Assembly (NCBI GenBank): GCA_903878275.1 | Contig: CAIRHC010000010.1 | Span: forward strand, 1,604-65,603 | Source: Candidatus Vogelbacteria bacterium | GTDB taxonomy: Bacteria > Patescibacteriota > Minisyncoccia > Phycocordibacterales > XYD1-FULL-46-19 | Reading direction: 5' to 3' | DNA: 64,000 nt | Shown here: in pieces, positions 36,454-44,163 of the stretch | Layout of the letters: every line of letters starts with the position of its first letter | How positions within the stretch are numbered: position 1 is the first letter of the stretch | The notes under the pieces: generated by a model | The model's input: the letters and a program-made list of their open reading frames with translations, nothing else | Told to the model about the DNA's origin: nothing | Databases searched by the model: none | Made by a program: the position numbers and the translations under genes

Positions 36454-37764
36454 ATGGAAACAATACTAAAAATTTTAAAAAAAATATTACCAAGCCGTTT
36501 TTTTAATTTACTTCAAGCTCCTTACCACTATCTGCTCGCTTTTTTAGGTGCCATTATTTATCGCTTTCCAAGCCGAAAAATAAAAGTCATTGGCGTGACC
36601 GGCACCAAAGGAAAAACGAGTACCACCGAGATCCTCGCCTCTCTCCTTGAAGCCACACCAAACCCAAACAAAAAAGATGAAAATTTTAAGGTCGCCACTT
36701 CTTCGACTTTGCAATTTAAAATTGGCACCAAAGTTGATCGCAATTTATACAAAATGAGTATGCCCGGGCGATTCTTCTTGCAGAAATTTTTACGCCAAGC
36801 TGTTTCCGCCGGTTGCGATTATGCGGTGATCGAAATGACCTCCGAGGGCGCCAAAACTTATCGACATAAATTTATCGAGCTTGATGGTTTGATTTTTACT
36901 GGCATCTCGCCGGAACACATTGAAGCTCACGGCTCTTATGAAAATTATTTAAATTCTAAATTAGATTTTGCTCGCGCCTTAGAAAAATCACCGAAACTAA
37001 ACAAGATTTTGGTGGTCAATGGTGAAGACGAAAAATCAGCCGAATTTTTAAAAATTGCCACATCTGCCAAACAACTAAAAATAACTCTTTTTGATGGCGA
37101 GCCTTTTACAATCAAAGATGACGGCGGTATCGATTTTACCTACAAACACGAGAAACTTTCCACCCCACTATCTGGAAAATTCAATATTTACAATATTTTG
37201 CACGCCATAAAAATGGCGGAAGCCCAAGGTTCTAAAATCGAAGATATTAGACAAGCCCTTGCCAATCTAACTAAAATTGCCGGTCGTCTGGAAAAAGTAA
37301 TTGTCTTTAATCCCAAATTTGATTTTGAGGTGATTGTTGATTATGCCCACACCGCCGATTCTCTCACCCAAGCCTATGAAGCTTTTGGTCATCGCCGAAA
37401 AATCTGTGTCCTTGGAAGCTGTGGTGGCGGTCGCGACAAATGGAAACGCCCACAGATGGGAAAAGTTGCCGATCTTTATTGTTCGGAAATTATTTTAACC
37501 AATGAAGACCCTTACGATGAAGACCCCGAACAAATTGTCTGCGAATTGATTATGGGCATCACCAAGCACACGCCAAAAACTATTTTAGATCGTCGCCAAG
37601 CCATTCGTGAAGCGATTAAGATGGCAAATTTTGGCGACGTGGTAATTATCACCGGCAAAGGTACCGACCCTTATTTGATGGAAGCAAATGGCAAAAAAAC
37701 CCCTTGGAGCGATTATGGTGTCGCCGAAGAAGAACTGTTGAAAATTCTGAAAAATCGGGAATAA
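36454..37764 (+). CDS. murE: Mur ligase, UDP-MurNAc-tripeptide synthetase MurE-like
   Basis: GVTGTKGKTST (P-loop), DYAHTADSL, LGSCGGGRDKWKRPQMG (MurE-like GCGGDRDxxKRPxMG). Confidence 0.78.
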   Translation: METILKILKKILPSRFFNLLQAPYHYLLAFLGAIIYRFPSRKIKVIGVTGTKGKTSTTEILASLLEATPNPNKKDENFKVATSSTLQFKIGTKVDRNLYKMSMPGRFFLQKFLRQAVSAGCDYAVIEMTSEGAKTYRHKFIELDGLIFTGISPEHIEAHGSYENYLNSKLDFARALEKSPKLNKILVVNGEDEKSAEFLKIATSAKQLKITLFDGEPFTIKDDGGIDFTYKHEKLSTPLSGKFNIYNILHAIKMAEAQGSKIEDIRQALANLTKIAGRLEKVIVFNPKFDFEVIVDYAHTADSLTQAYEAFGHRRKICVLGSCGGGRDKWKRPQMGKVADLYCSEIILTNEDPYDEDPEQIVCELIMGITKHTPKTILDRRQAIREAIKMANFGDVVIITGKGTDPYLMEANGKKTPWSDYGVAEEELLKILKNRE

Positions 37765-37773
37765 TAGTGAGCA

Positions 37774-38694
37774 ATGCCCGAACTACCAGAAGTTGAGACA
37801 ATCAAACGAGAACTAGCGAAAGTTTTAATCAGTAAAAAAATAAAATCAGCTGAAGTTTTTTGGTATAAAACAGTCGCCCCCTTGTCACCGCCCGAATTTT
37901 CGAAACAAACAAAAAATAAGGTGGTCTCGTCTCTCGAACGTCAGGCAAAGATTTTGATTATAAATTTCAGTGGTACAACATCGCTCGCTATTCATCTTAA
38001 AATGACCGGACAGCTAATATACGTTGCAAACAAAAGGCCACTGGCATCGAAACTTAGTTTCGATAAAAACATAATATCAAGGACTCCCCTTGATATTATT
38101 GCTGGTGGTCACCCTAATAGCCAGATGACAGAGAAACAACCGTCAAAATATACAAGACTTATTTTTGAATTTACCGATGGTTCACATTTGTATTTCAATG
38201 ATCTGCGAAAATTCGGCTGGGTCAGGCTCGTCGATGATTCCCAACTTAAAGATTTGACTAGGCACATCGGCGTCGAACCGCTTTCAAAAATTTTTACCGA
38301 CCAAGTGCTAATTGATATTTTTAAAAAATATCCCAATCGCACCGTAAAACAAATCTTAATGGATCAAACCTTGATTGCCGGCATCGGAAATATCTATTGC
38401 GATGAAGCTTGTTTTATTGCCAAAATTTTACCGACCAGAAAATCAAGTGCGACGAAATCAAACCAAATTAAAAAATTAAGAGAATCGATTGTCGCCGTTT
38501 TAAAACTCTCGATTCAGAAAAAAGGAACATCGTCTCGCAATTATCGTCGTTCAAATGGCGAACCCGGCGGTTTTGTCCCCCACCTCAATGTCTATGGTCG
38601 TACCAGTGAACCTTGTAAAATTTGCGGCCAAAAAATTAAAAAAATAAAACACGCCGGACGAGGAACACACTTTTGTGATCGTTGCCAGAAATAA
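37774..38694 (+). CDS. mutM: Formamidopyrimidine-DNA glycosylase
   Basis: MPELPEVE N-terminus (catalytic Pro2/Glu3), LKMTGQL, and a C-terminal zinc finger CKICGQKIKKIKHAGRGTHFCDRCQ. A ~60-aa internal insertion relative to the E. coli enzyme. Confidence 0.9.
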   Translation: MPELPEVETIKRELAKVLISKKIKSAEVFWYKTVAPLSPPEFSKQTKNKVVSSLERQAKILIINFSGTTSLAIHLKMTGQLIYVANKRPLASKLSFDKNIISRTPLDIIAGGHPNSQMTEKQPSKYTRLIFEFTDGSHLYFNDLRKFGWVRLVDDSQLKDLTRHIGVEPLSKIFTDQVLIDIFKKYPNRTVKQILMDQTLIAGIGNIYCDEACFIAKILPTRKSSATKSNQIKKLRESIVAVLKLSIQKKGTSSRNYRRSNGEPGGFVPHLNVYGRTSEPCKICGQKIKKIKHAGRGTHFCDRCQK

Positions 38695-38825
38695 AAAATT
38701 ACGCTAGTCTTTGTTTAGGCCATCACAGCCTGCCAAAAGGTGAAGATGTTTCTGGTGGGAAACATTTTGAGGTTGCCAGAGTAGTGGCGAGCGAAAAAGG
38801 CACCGATTCAGTGATGGCCTTTTTC

Positions 38826-38856
38826 TTTGCAAAAAATTTAAATCTTTGATAGAAAT
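38826..38856 (+). promoter_or_regulatory. Candidate sigma-70-type promoter TTGCAA-N17-TAGAAAT
   Basis: Read directly in an intergenic region. It precedes a strong SD plus a 6-codon ORF (MNAGSQ*). Confidence 0.35.
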
Positions 38857-39115
38857 ATCTTTGGGTAAGGAGAAAATATGAATGCTGGTAGCCAGTAATC
38901 GTACAAGCTACGTAGGTTGGCCACAATATAGGGCACACGTGTCAGGTGGCTCCGCTAACTCTGACAAAAACCTCTTCGAGCAACAAGACAAGTTGGTATT
39001 AGCGACCAACAAAGCTCCGGCCGAACAGGATACCCCTGAAGATCTTTCGGAAGAGATCCTTCATTCTCCCCACCCCGCACCCAAGCGCCGTCTCCCACGG
39101 CGCTTTTTTTTATTT
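38857..39115 (+). ncRNA. Candidate non-coding or leader transcript of unknown class
   Basis: A ~415-nt non-coding gap between mutM and the holin-like gene. Contains a 10-bp long-range stem GGCCATCAC...GTGATGGCC at 38719-38821, a candidate promoter, a perfect SD with a 6-aa ORF, and a strong plus-strand terminator at 39083-39115. The only long ORF (38882..39178) reads through that terminator and into the opposite-strand gene. Confidence 0.3.
39083..39115 (+). terminator. Rho-independent terminator AGCGCCGT-CTCCC-ACGGCGCT plus TTTTTTTTATTT
   Basis: 8-bp GC stem plus U8. Plus strand only. Confidence 0.75.
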
Positions 39116-39457
39116 CTTAGCACTTTTAAATATCCAACCCAGCAGAGCATTAATGATTGCCAAGACAACACTAAATAATAAAGCGGTCCAAAAACTAGCC
39201 ACGGAAAAACCGGGAATAAACCATGCAACAAAAAGGACAAGCCCGGCATTAATAATAAAAGTAAAAAGACCGAGTGTCAGAATAGTTATCGGCAAAGTTA
39301 AAATAATCAAGATCGGTCGAAGGATAGCGTTGACTACACCGAGAGCCAAAGCGACCAGAAGTGCTGTGGTAAAACTAGCGATGTGAACACCGCTGATTAA
39401 ATAAGCGGCACAAAGAATTGCTAAAGTAGAGAGAAGCCAATTGATTAATATTTTCAT
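39110..39457 (-). CDS. Membrane protein of the phage-holin-4 / DUF360 (YvlD-like) family
   Basis: 115 aa with four TM helices. ...RPILIILTLPITILTLGLFTFIINAGLVLFVAWFIPGF... is typical of PF04020. Confidence 0.65.
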   Translation of the reverse strand: MKILINWLLSTLAILCAAYLISGVHIASFTTALLVALALGVVNAILRPILIILTLPITILTLGLFTFIINAGLVLFVAWFIPGFSVASFWTALLFSVVLAIINALLGWIFKSAKK

Positions 39458-39464
39458 AAAATAG

Positions 39465-39947
39465 TTAAATATTTAAAATTCTGAATAATGCGACACCAGC
39501 CGAAACGGAAACATTGAGCGACTCTTTGTCCCCGACCATTGGTATCTCCGCAATTATATCACATTTTTTTAAAATACTTTTTGGCAAACCATCTACTTCG
39601 TTACCAAAAATAAACGCGGTTTTATTTTCCAGTTTTATTTTTTTGTAATCGACAGAATTTTCCGCTTGCTCAACGGCGACAATAAAAAAGTTGTCTTTTT
39701 TTAATTTAGTTAAAAGTTTCGAGACACCTTCGATTTTTTCCCAAGCGATATTCTTCTCCGCGCCGAGTGCCGTCTTAGCAATTTGCTTGTCCACTCGCCC
39801 GAACTTATCCAAAGGTGCTGGCGTATAACCAGTTAAATAAATTTTTGAAATTCCACAAGCATCCGCCGTCCGAAAAATCGAACCGACGTTTAGTGAGCTT
39901 CGAATGTCCGGCAAAACTACAATTATCTCCTTATCCCCTTTTTCCAT
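39465..39947 (-). CDS. SpoU/TrmH-family RNA 2'-O-methyltransferase (SPOUT)
   Basis: LNVGSIFRTADACG, AFIFGNEVDGLP, NVSVSAGVALF motifs. 160 aa. Confidence 0.8.
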   Translation of the reverse strand: MEKGDKEIIVVLPDIRSSLNVGSIFRTADACGISKIYLTGYTPAPLDKFGRVDKQIAKTALGAEKNIAWEKIEGVSKLLTKLKKDNFFIVAVEQAENSVDYKKIKLENKTAFIFGNEVDGLPKSILKKCDIIAEIPMVGDKESLNVSVSAGVALFRILNI

Positions 39948-40009
39948 AGTTTAATAAAAACATAAATACAAATAAATTAAAACCACCCACAAGGGATGGC
40001 TTTATCTTG

Positions 40010-40082
40010 TCCGCTCAGCAGGAATCGGACCTGCGACCGTCTCCTTAAAAGGGAGCTGCTCTACCAGCTGAGCTATGAGCGG
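40010..40082 (-). tRNA. tRNA-Lys (TTT)
   Basis: CCGCTCATAGCTCAGCTGGTAGAGCAG-CTCC-CTTTTAA-GGAG-ACGGTC-GCAGGTCCGATTCCTGC-TGAGCGGA. Confidence 0.88.
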
Positions 40083-40117
40083 ATAACAAAAAAATAATAC
40101 CAGAAATCTAGTTATTT

Positions 40118-40876
40118 TCAAGCTTTAAGAATTATTTTCTCCAGCCCAAACTCAAATTCCTCGCTTCCCAAAAAAGTGGTATGGTATAAATCGAGGAAAC
40201 TCGCCGAAAGTTTTTTTAGTTCTTCGTTTGAAAAACCACGTGCCAAAAGTTTGGTTTTAGTCAAAACAAATGGTTTTAATTTTAAAGTTTTTTCATCTTT
40301 GGTATTTTTCACGACCAGTAAATTATTTACCTGCCAAATTAATTTCCATAAAATTTCTTCTGGTGCCACATTTTTCATCAACGCTTCTTGATACAAAGCC
40401 CAGGCGTGATTTTTATTTCTTGCAAAAAAGGCATCGATTAAAGAATAGACATTAAAGCCATCTGGTGACAATTTTGCCAAAAATTCCTGTGATTTACCTG
40501 CTTTTTTCTTTAATTCTTCAATTTCTTTATGTCTTTTCTCAATTTTTGCCTTGTCATCAAAAGACATCTGCCTGGTCACCTGCTCCTCGGTTTCCAAAAA
40601 AAGAAAAATATTATTGGAAGATTTAATGTCTGCCAGATTTTCCAAGATAAATTCTTTCGCTTCTTTTTCTTTAAGCAAGTTGTCACAAGACACAATAAAT
40701 TTCTGCGCAAAAAGTGTTTGACCAGAAACAAGTTCTCGCAAACTACTTTCAGAAAAATTTTCACCAGAAATTTTAAAAACTGATGAATCGTTATTTTTCG
40801 CCAAAAGTGCTTTGGTTAAACCTTGATGTTTATCGCGACATAAGTTTTTGTCTGTGCCATAAGTAAGAAAAATCAT
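40118..40876 (-). CDS. holA: DNA polymerase III delta subunit (HolA)-like protein
   Basis: 252 aa. N-terminal IFLFLETEE-type region. The C-terminal helical domain SLIDAFFARNKNHAWALYQEALMKNVAPEEILWKLIWQVNNLL resembles delta domain III. Identity by fold-level pattern only. Confidence 0.5.
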   Translation of the reverse strand: MIFLTYGTDKNLCRDKHQGLTKALLAKNNDSSVFKISGENFSESSLRELVSGQTLFAQKFIVSCDNLLKEKEAKEFILENLADIKSSNNIFLFLETEEQVTRQMSFDDKAKIEKRHKEIEELKKKAGKSQEFLAKLSPDGFNVYSLIDAFFARNKNHAWALYQEALMKNVAPEEILWKLIWQVNNLLVVKNTKDEKTLKLKPFVLTKTKLLARGFSNEELKKLSASFLDLYHTTFLGSEEFEFGLEKIILKA

Positions 40877-41679
40877 AATTCTATTTTAATACCAACTGGC
40901 GCATGGTCAGAACCCAAAACAGTGTCGTCAACAAAAGCCTCTTTAATATTTTTTTTCAGACTTTCGCTTACCATAAAATAATCAATCCGCCAACCGATAT
41001 TTCTAGCTCGCGCCATCATCCGATAACTCCACCAAGAATACTGAACCTTATCGCCATTTAACAAGCGAAAAGTATCAATCAAACCGTGTTTGATAAACTT
41101 ATCCATTCCCGCCCGCTCCTCTACCGTAAAACCCGGATTACCAATATTTTCCTTCGGTCGAGCCAAGTCAATTTCATGGTGAGCCACATTAAAATCACCA
41201 CAAGCCACGACTGGTTTTGTTTTTTCTAATTTTTTTATGTAATTAAGCCAAGTTTCATTAAATTCTTCTTTAAAACCAAGGCGAGTTAATTCGTGTCGAG
41301 CGTTTGGAAAATAAGTGTTAACTAAATAAAATTTTTCAAATTCTAAAGTCAAAACTCGACCCTCCTTGTCTTCAGAATACGAGGACAGTCCTCGTAATAT
41401 CTTTGCTTTATCACCAAAACCAAGAGAAACAGAGATTGGCTCAACTTTTGACAGAACCGCCGTACCACTATATCCCGCCTTCTCCGCCGGATGCCAATAT
41501 TCTTTATAGCCAGCAAAATCAAACTCCACTTTAGCTCGCGCTGAATCGTTTATTTTAATCTCTTGCAAACAAACAATATCTGGCTTCTCTTCCTTAAGCC
41601 ATTTAACAAAACCATTCTTTACCCCCGCCCGAATGCCATTTACATTCCAAGATATTATTTTTAAAGTTTTTACAGCCAT
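40873..41679 (-). CDS. xthA: Exodeoxyribonuclease III (AP endonuclease)
   Basis: LKIISWNVNGIRA, IVCLQEIK, GDFNVAHHEIDL, SDHAPV. Confidence 0.9.
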   Translation of the reverse strand: MAVKTLKIISWNVNGIRAGVKNGFVKWLKEEKPDIVCLQEIKINDSARAKVEFDFAGYKEYWHPAEKAGYSGTAVLSKVEPISVSLGFGDKAKILRGLSSYSEDKEGRVLTLEFEKFYLVNTYFPNARHELTRLGFKEEFNETWLNYIKKLEKTKPVVACGDFNVAHHEIDLARPKENIGNPGFTVEERAGMDKFIKHGLIDTFRLLNGDKVQYSWWSYRMMARARNIGWRIDYFMVSESLKKNIKEAFVDDTVLGSDHAPVGIKIEL

Positions 41680-41690
41680 TTTATTGTATA

Positions 41691-42287
41691 TTACCGATAC
41701 TTTTTGAGTATAGCAAAATCTTTTTTTAAAATCTCAATCAAACTTCGGTTATAAATCGCCGCCGCCGGATGATAAAAAGGAATAATCAGGACGGAGCCGT
41801 AACTCGTTTTACCTTCAAAAACTTCGCCATGCAACTCACTAATTGGACGCAAGATATCACTTAAGCCAAATTTCTCCATAATATACCCCATTGAGTAGCG
41901 CCCAAGGGTGGCAATGATTTTGGGCTGAATAATATCGATTTGTCGATCTAAAAATGGTCCATAAACCGCAATTTCTTCTGGTAGTGGGTCACGATTATTT
42001 TGCGGGCGATCTTTAACGATATTTGTGATGTAAACATCGGAGCGATTAATCCCCACTCCAGCAAGCAGATCATCGAGAATCTTACCGGCCGACCCACAAA
42101 AGGGTCGGCCGGTTTTCGCTTCGTTCCGCCCCGGCGCCTCACCAATAAAAACAATTTTAGCTTCGTGACTTCCCTCGCCAATCACCGGAAAATATTTATT
42201 TGTCGTCCGAAATAAATACAAAGGAGATTCTTTTAAAACAAGAACCTCCTCTTTAATTTCTTTTAAGAGCCTATCTCGTTCGGTCAT
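41691..42287 (-). CDS. Uracil-DNA glycosylase, family 4
   Basis: GEAPGRNE and RPFCGSAGKILDDLL (motifs A/B of family-4 UDG), HPAAAIY C-terminal motif. Confidence 0.85.
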   Translation of the reverse strand: MTERDRLLKEIKEEVLVLKESPLYLFRTTNKYFPVIGEGSHEAKIVFIGEAPGRNEAKTGRPFCGSAGKILDDLLAGVGINRSDVYITNIVKDRPQNNRDPLPEEIAVYGPFLDRQIDIIQPKIIATLGRYSMGYIMEKFGLSDILRPISELHGEVFEGKTSYGSVLIIPFYHPAAAIYNRSLIEILKKDFAILKKYR

Positions 42288-42302
42288 TTCGAATATTTAA
42301 AA

Positions 42303-42839
42303 TTATTCCACGTCTTTACTCTCCAGCTCACTTTCGCCACTAACGATTTCTTCTTTCTCTTTAGTTTTTTTAGATCCAACCTTTTTTTCTCCCCAAGCTT
42401 GCAAAAAATCTCGCTCAATTATCCACATAATAGTGAAGACAAAAATTGTTAATCCGGTTACGAAAATCGCTAAAGCGTAAAGCTCAAAACCACAAGCAAT
42501 ACCGATGCCAGCATCAACCCAAATACCAGCGGCGGTCGTAATTCCAAACAAGTGGTTACCTTTAAAAAACACCAACCCAGCACCAAGAAAACCCACTCCA
42601 ACAACCACCTGCGATGCCATCCGCAAGGGATCAAAGTTTGACAAACCGGCATATTGAAAAGCCACTAAACGAGAAATTATAACAAAAAGAGCAGAGCCCA
42701 TACTAACCAGGGCGTAAGTCCGCATCCCAGCAAGCTTACCAGCGATATTTCTTTCTAAGCCCAAGATCAAACCCAAAACCATTGCTAAAATTAAACCCAA
42801 AAAAACCGACGAGTAATCTATTTGTGTAATGAGATTCAT
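42303..42839 (-). CDS. MgtC/SapB-family membrane protein
   Basis: GLERNIAGKLAGMRTYALVSMGSALF matches the MgtC family signature. Acidic C-terminal tail. Confidence 0.8.
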   Translation of the reverse strand: MNLITQIDYSSVFLGLILAMVLGLILGLERNIAGKLAGMRTYALVSMGSALFVIISRLVAFQYAGLSNFDPLRMASQVVVGVGFLGAGLVFFKGNHLFGITTAAGIWVDAGIGIACGFELYALAIFVTGLTIFVFTIMWIIERDFLQAWGEKKVGSKKTKEKEEIVSGESELESKDVE

Positions 42840-42961
42840 AGATAATATATTTTTATTAAATAATAACTTGTCTTACATTATACAGTAAAAAAATAAACCA
42901 AACAAAAATACCTCCAAACTTCGAAAGCAAGAGGTATTTTTTGTTTCAGCAAAATCTAAAA

Positions 42962-43273
42962 TTACTGAACAGTTGGAACAGGAGCAATTGGAGTTCCAAC
43001 AGGAACTGTGTTCCCAGAGACAGGAGGAACTGGGGTTCCAACAGGATTTCCAGAAGCGTCTAGAAGTTGTGTTGTTTCAGGGGCAACTGGAGTTCCAACG
43101 GGATTTCCAGAAGCATCTAATGGAATTGGGGCTGGGGCAACACCACCATCAGTGGTGATAGTGCCTTCTGTAGTTGCGGGAACAGAGACATCAGTTGAAC
43201 TTTTTGAGGTGTACCAAACCACGCCAACAATAATCAAGACTATAATAACTGCAACAATGATATAATTTTTCAT
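42962..43273 (-). CDS. Small membrane-anchored Pro/Thr/Val-rich repeat protein (103 aa)
   Basis: N-terminal TM then the tandem repeat LDASGNPVGTPV(A/P)P x2. The underlying DNA shows a ~51-bp direct repeat at 43000-43140. Confidence 0.55.
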   Translation of the reverse strand: MKNYIIVAVIIVLIIVGVVWYTSKSSTDVSVPATTEGTITTDGGVAPAPIPLDASGNPVGTPVAPETTQLLDASGNPVGTPVPPVSGNTVPVGTPIAPVPTVQ

Positions 43274-43404
43274 AGAAAATCAAAATTTGGGTTAATCTTC
43301 GACCTTTATTTTGGTTGCAAAATCTAATTGCAAACACATAATAACCTTTGGCTATCAATAAATCAAGTTTTATAGATTGTGGACAACTCGCAGATTAATA
43401 TTTA

Positions 43405-44112
43405 TTATTTTTGTCCAGAGATAATAAAAAATGGTGAGTAATTTATTTCATCAACCCAAGGATGTTCCCTCCCGATCGCCAGTATTTCCTTAATTTTTAC
43501 ATTACCAAAACCGGCTTTTTCAAAAAAATGTCGATAGTTGCTTTGTGACCAAAAATAATCGGCAATCCGGATATTATCATCCCATTTTAAAATACTACCC
43601 ACTTTATCCCCAGATTTAAGATCATCCACTTTGTCTAGCTTAAAAGACAAAAATTCATGACCATTACTCTTATCCCAATTGACATTGAGTACAAAAAGTT
43701 GCCCGCCCGGTTTCAGCAAACGAAAAACTTCTTTAAAAATTTGCTCAACAATAGACTTTTCCGAAATCGTACAAATGACAAAATTCATCACTACAAAATC
43801 AAAAGAGTTGTCGCTCAACAATGGTAGTTGGTTATTCTTAACAATGACATAGTTTATTTTGTCGGCAAAATTTTTATCTATTTTCTTTTCCGCTTCTTCA
43901 ATCATACTTTCAGAAATATCCGCGCCGAGGACACTCGCCCCTTTTCCGACAAGCTGTCGAGAAAAATCTCCGCTACCACAGCCGTAATCCAAAACTCTTT
44001 TGCCTTTTATCTCCCCCATCAAATCAATAAGTTTGTCATAGCCAAGAACCTGATCGGTAATCGATTTGTTTTTATAACCTTTAAATTGTTCTGATAGTAA
44101 ATTAAAATCCAT
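43405..44112 (-). CDS. Class I SAM-dependent methyltransferase
   Basis: VLDYGCGSGDFS (motif I), DFVVMNFV, LLKPGGQL. Confidence 0.8.
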   Translation of the reverse strand: MDFNLLSEQFKGYKNKSITDQVLGYDKLIDLMGEIKGKRVLDYGCGSGDFSRQLVGKGASVLGADISESMIEEAEKKIDKNFADKINYVIVKNNQLPLLSDNSFDFVVMNFVICTISEKSIVEQIFKEVFRLLKPGGQLFVLNVNWDKSNGHEFLSFKLDKVDDLKSGDKVGSILKWDDNIRIADYFWSQSNYRHFFEKAGFGNVKIKEILAIGREHPWVDEINYSPFFIISGQK

Positions 44113-44163
44113 CTGTTAATTTTACTATAAAGTAATAGTGATTGGGAAATTTTCCGAAGTGGA

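Noticed and set aside
38695-39120. tmRNA, RNase P RNA, SRP RNA or 6S RNA identity for the structured non-coding region
   Set aside because: I looked for the tmRNA tRNA-like end (GTTCGA T-loop plus ACCA) and an Ala-initiated tag frame ending in a stop. I looked for the RNase P GAGGAAAGTCC block and for SRP domain-IV GGAA/AGCAG motifs, on both strands. None were found. The class remains unknown.
38882-39178. 98-aa plus-strand ORF in the mutM-holin intergenic region
   Set aside because: It reads straight through a strong intrinsic terminator and 70 nt into the converging membrane-protein gene. It is low-complexity with no motif. It is treated as non-coding, and the region is reported as a candidate ncRNA instead.
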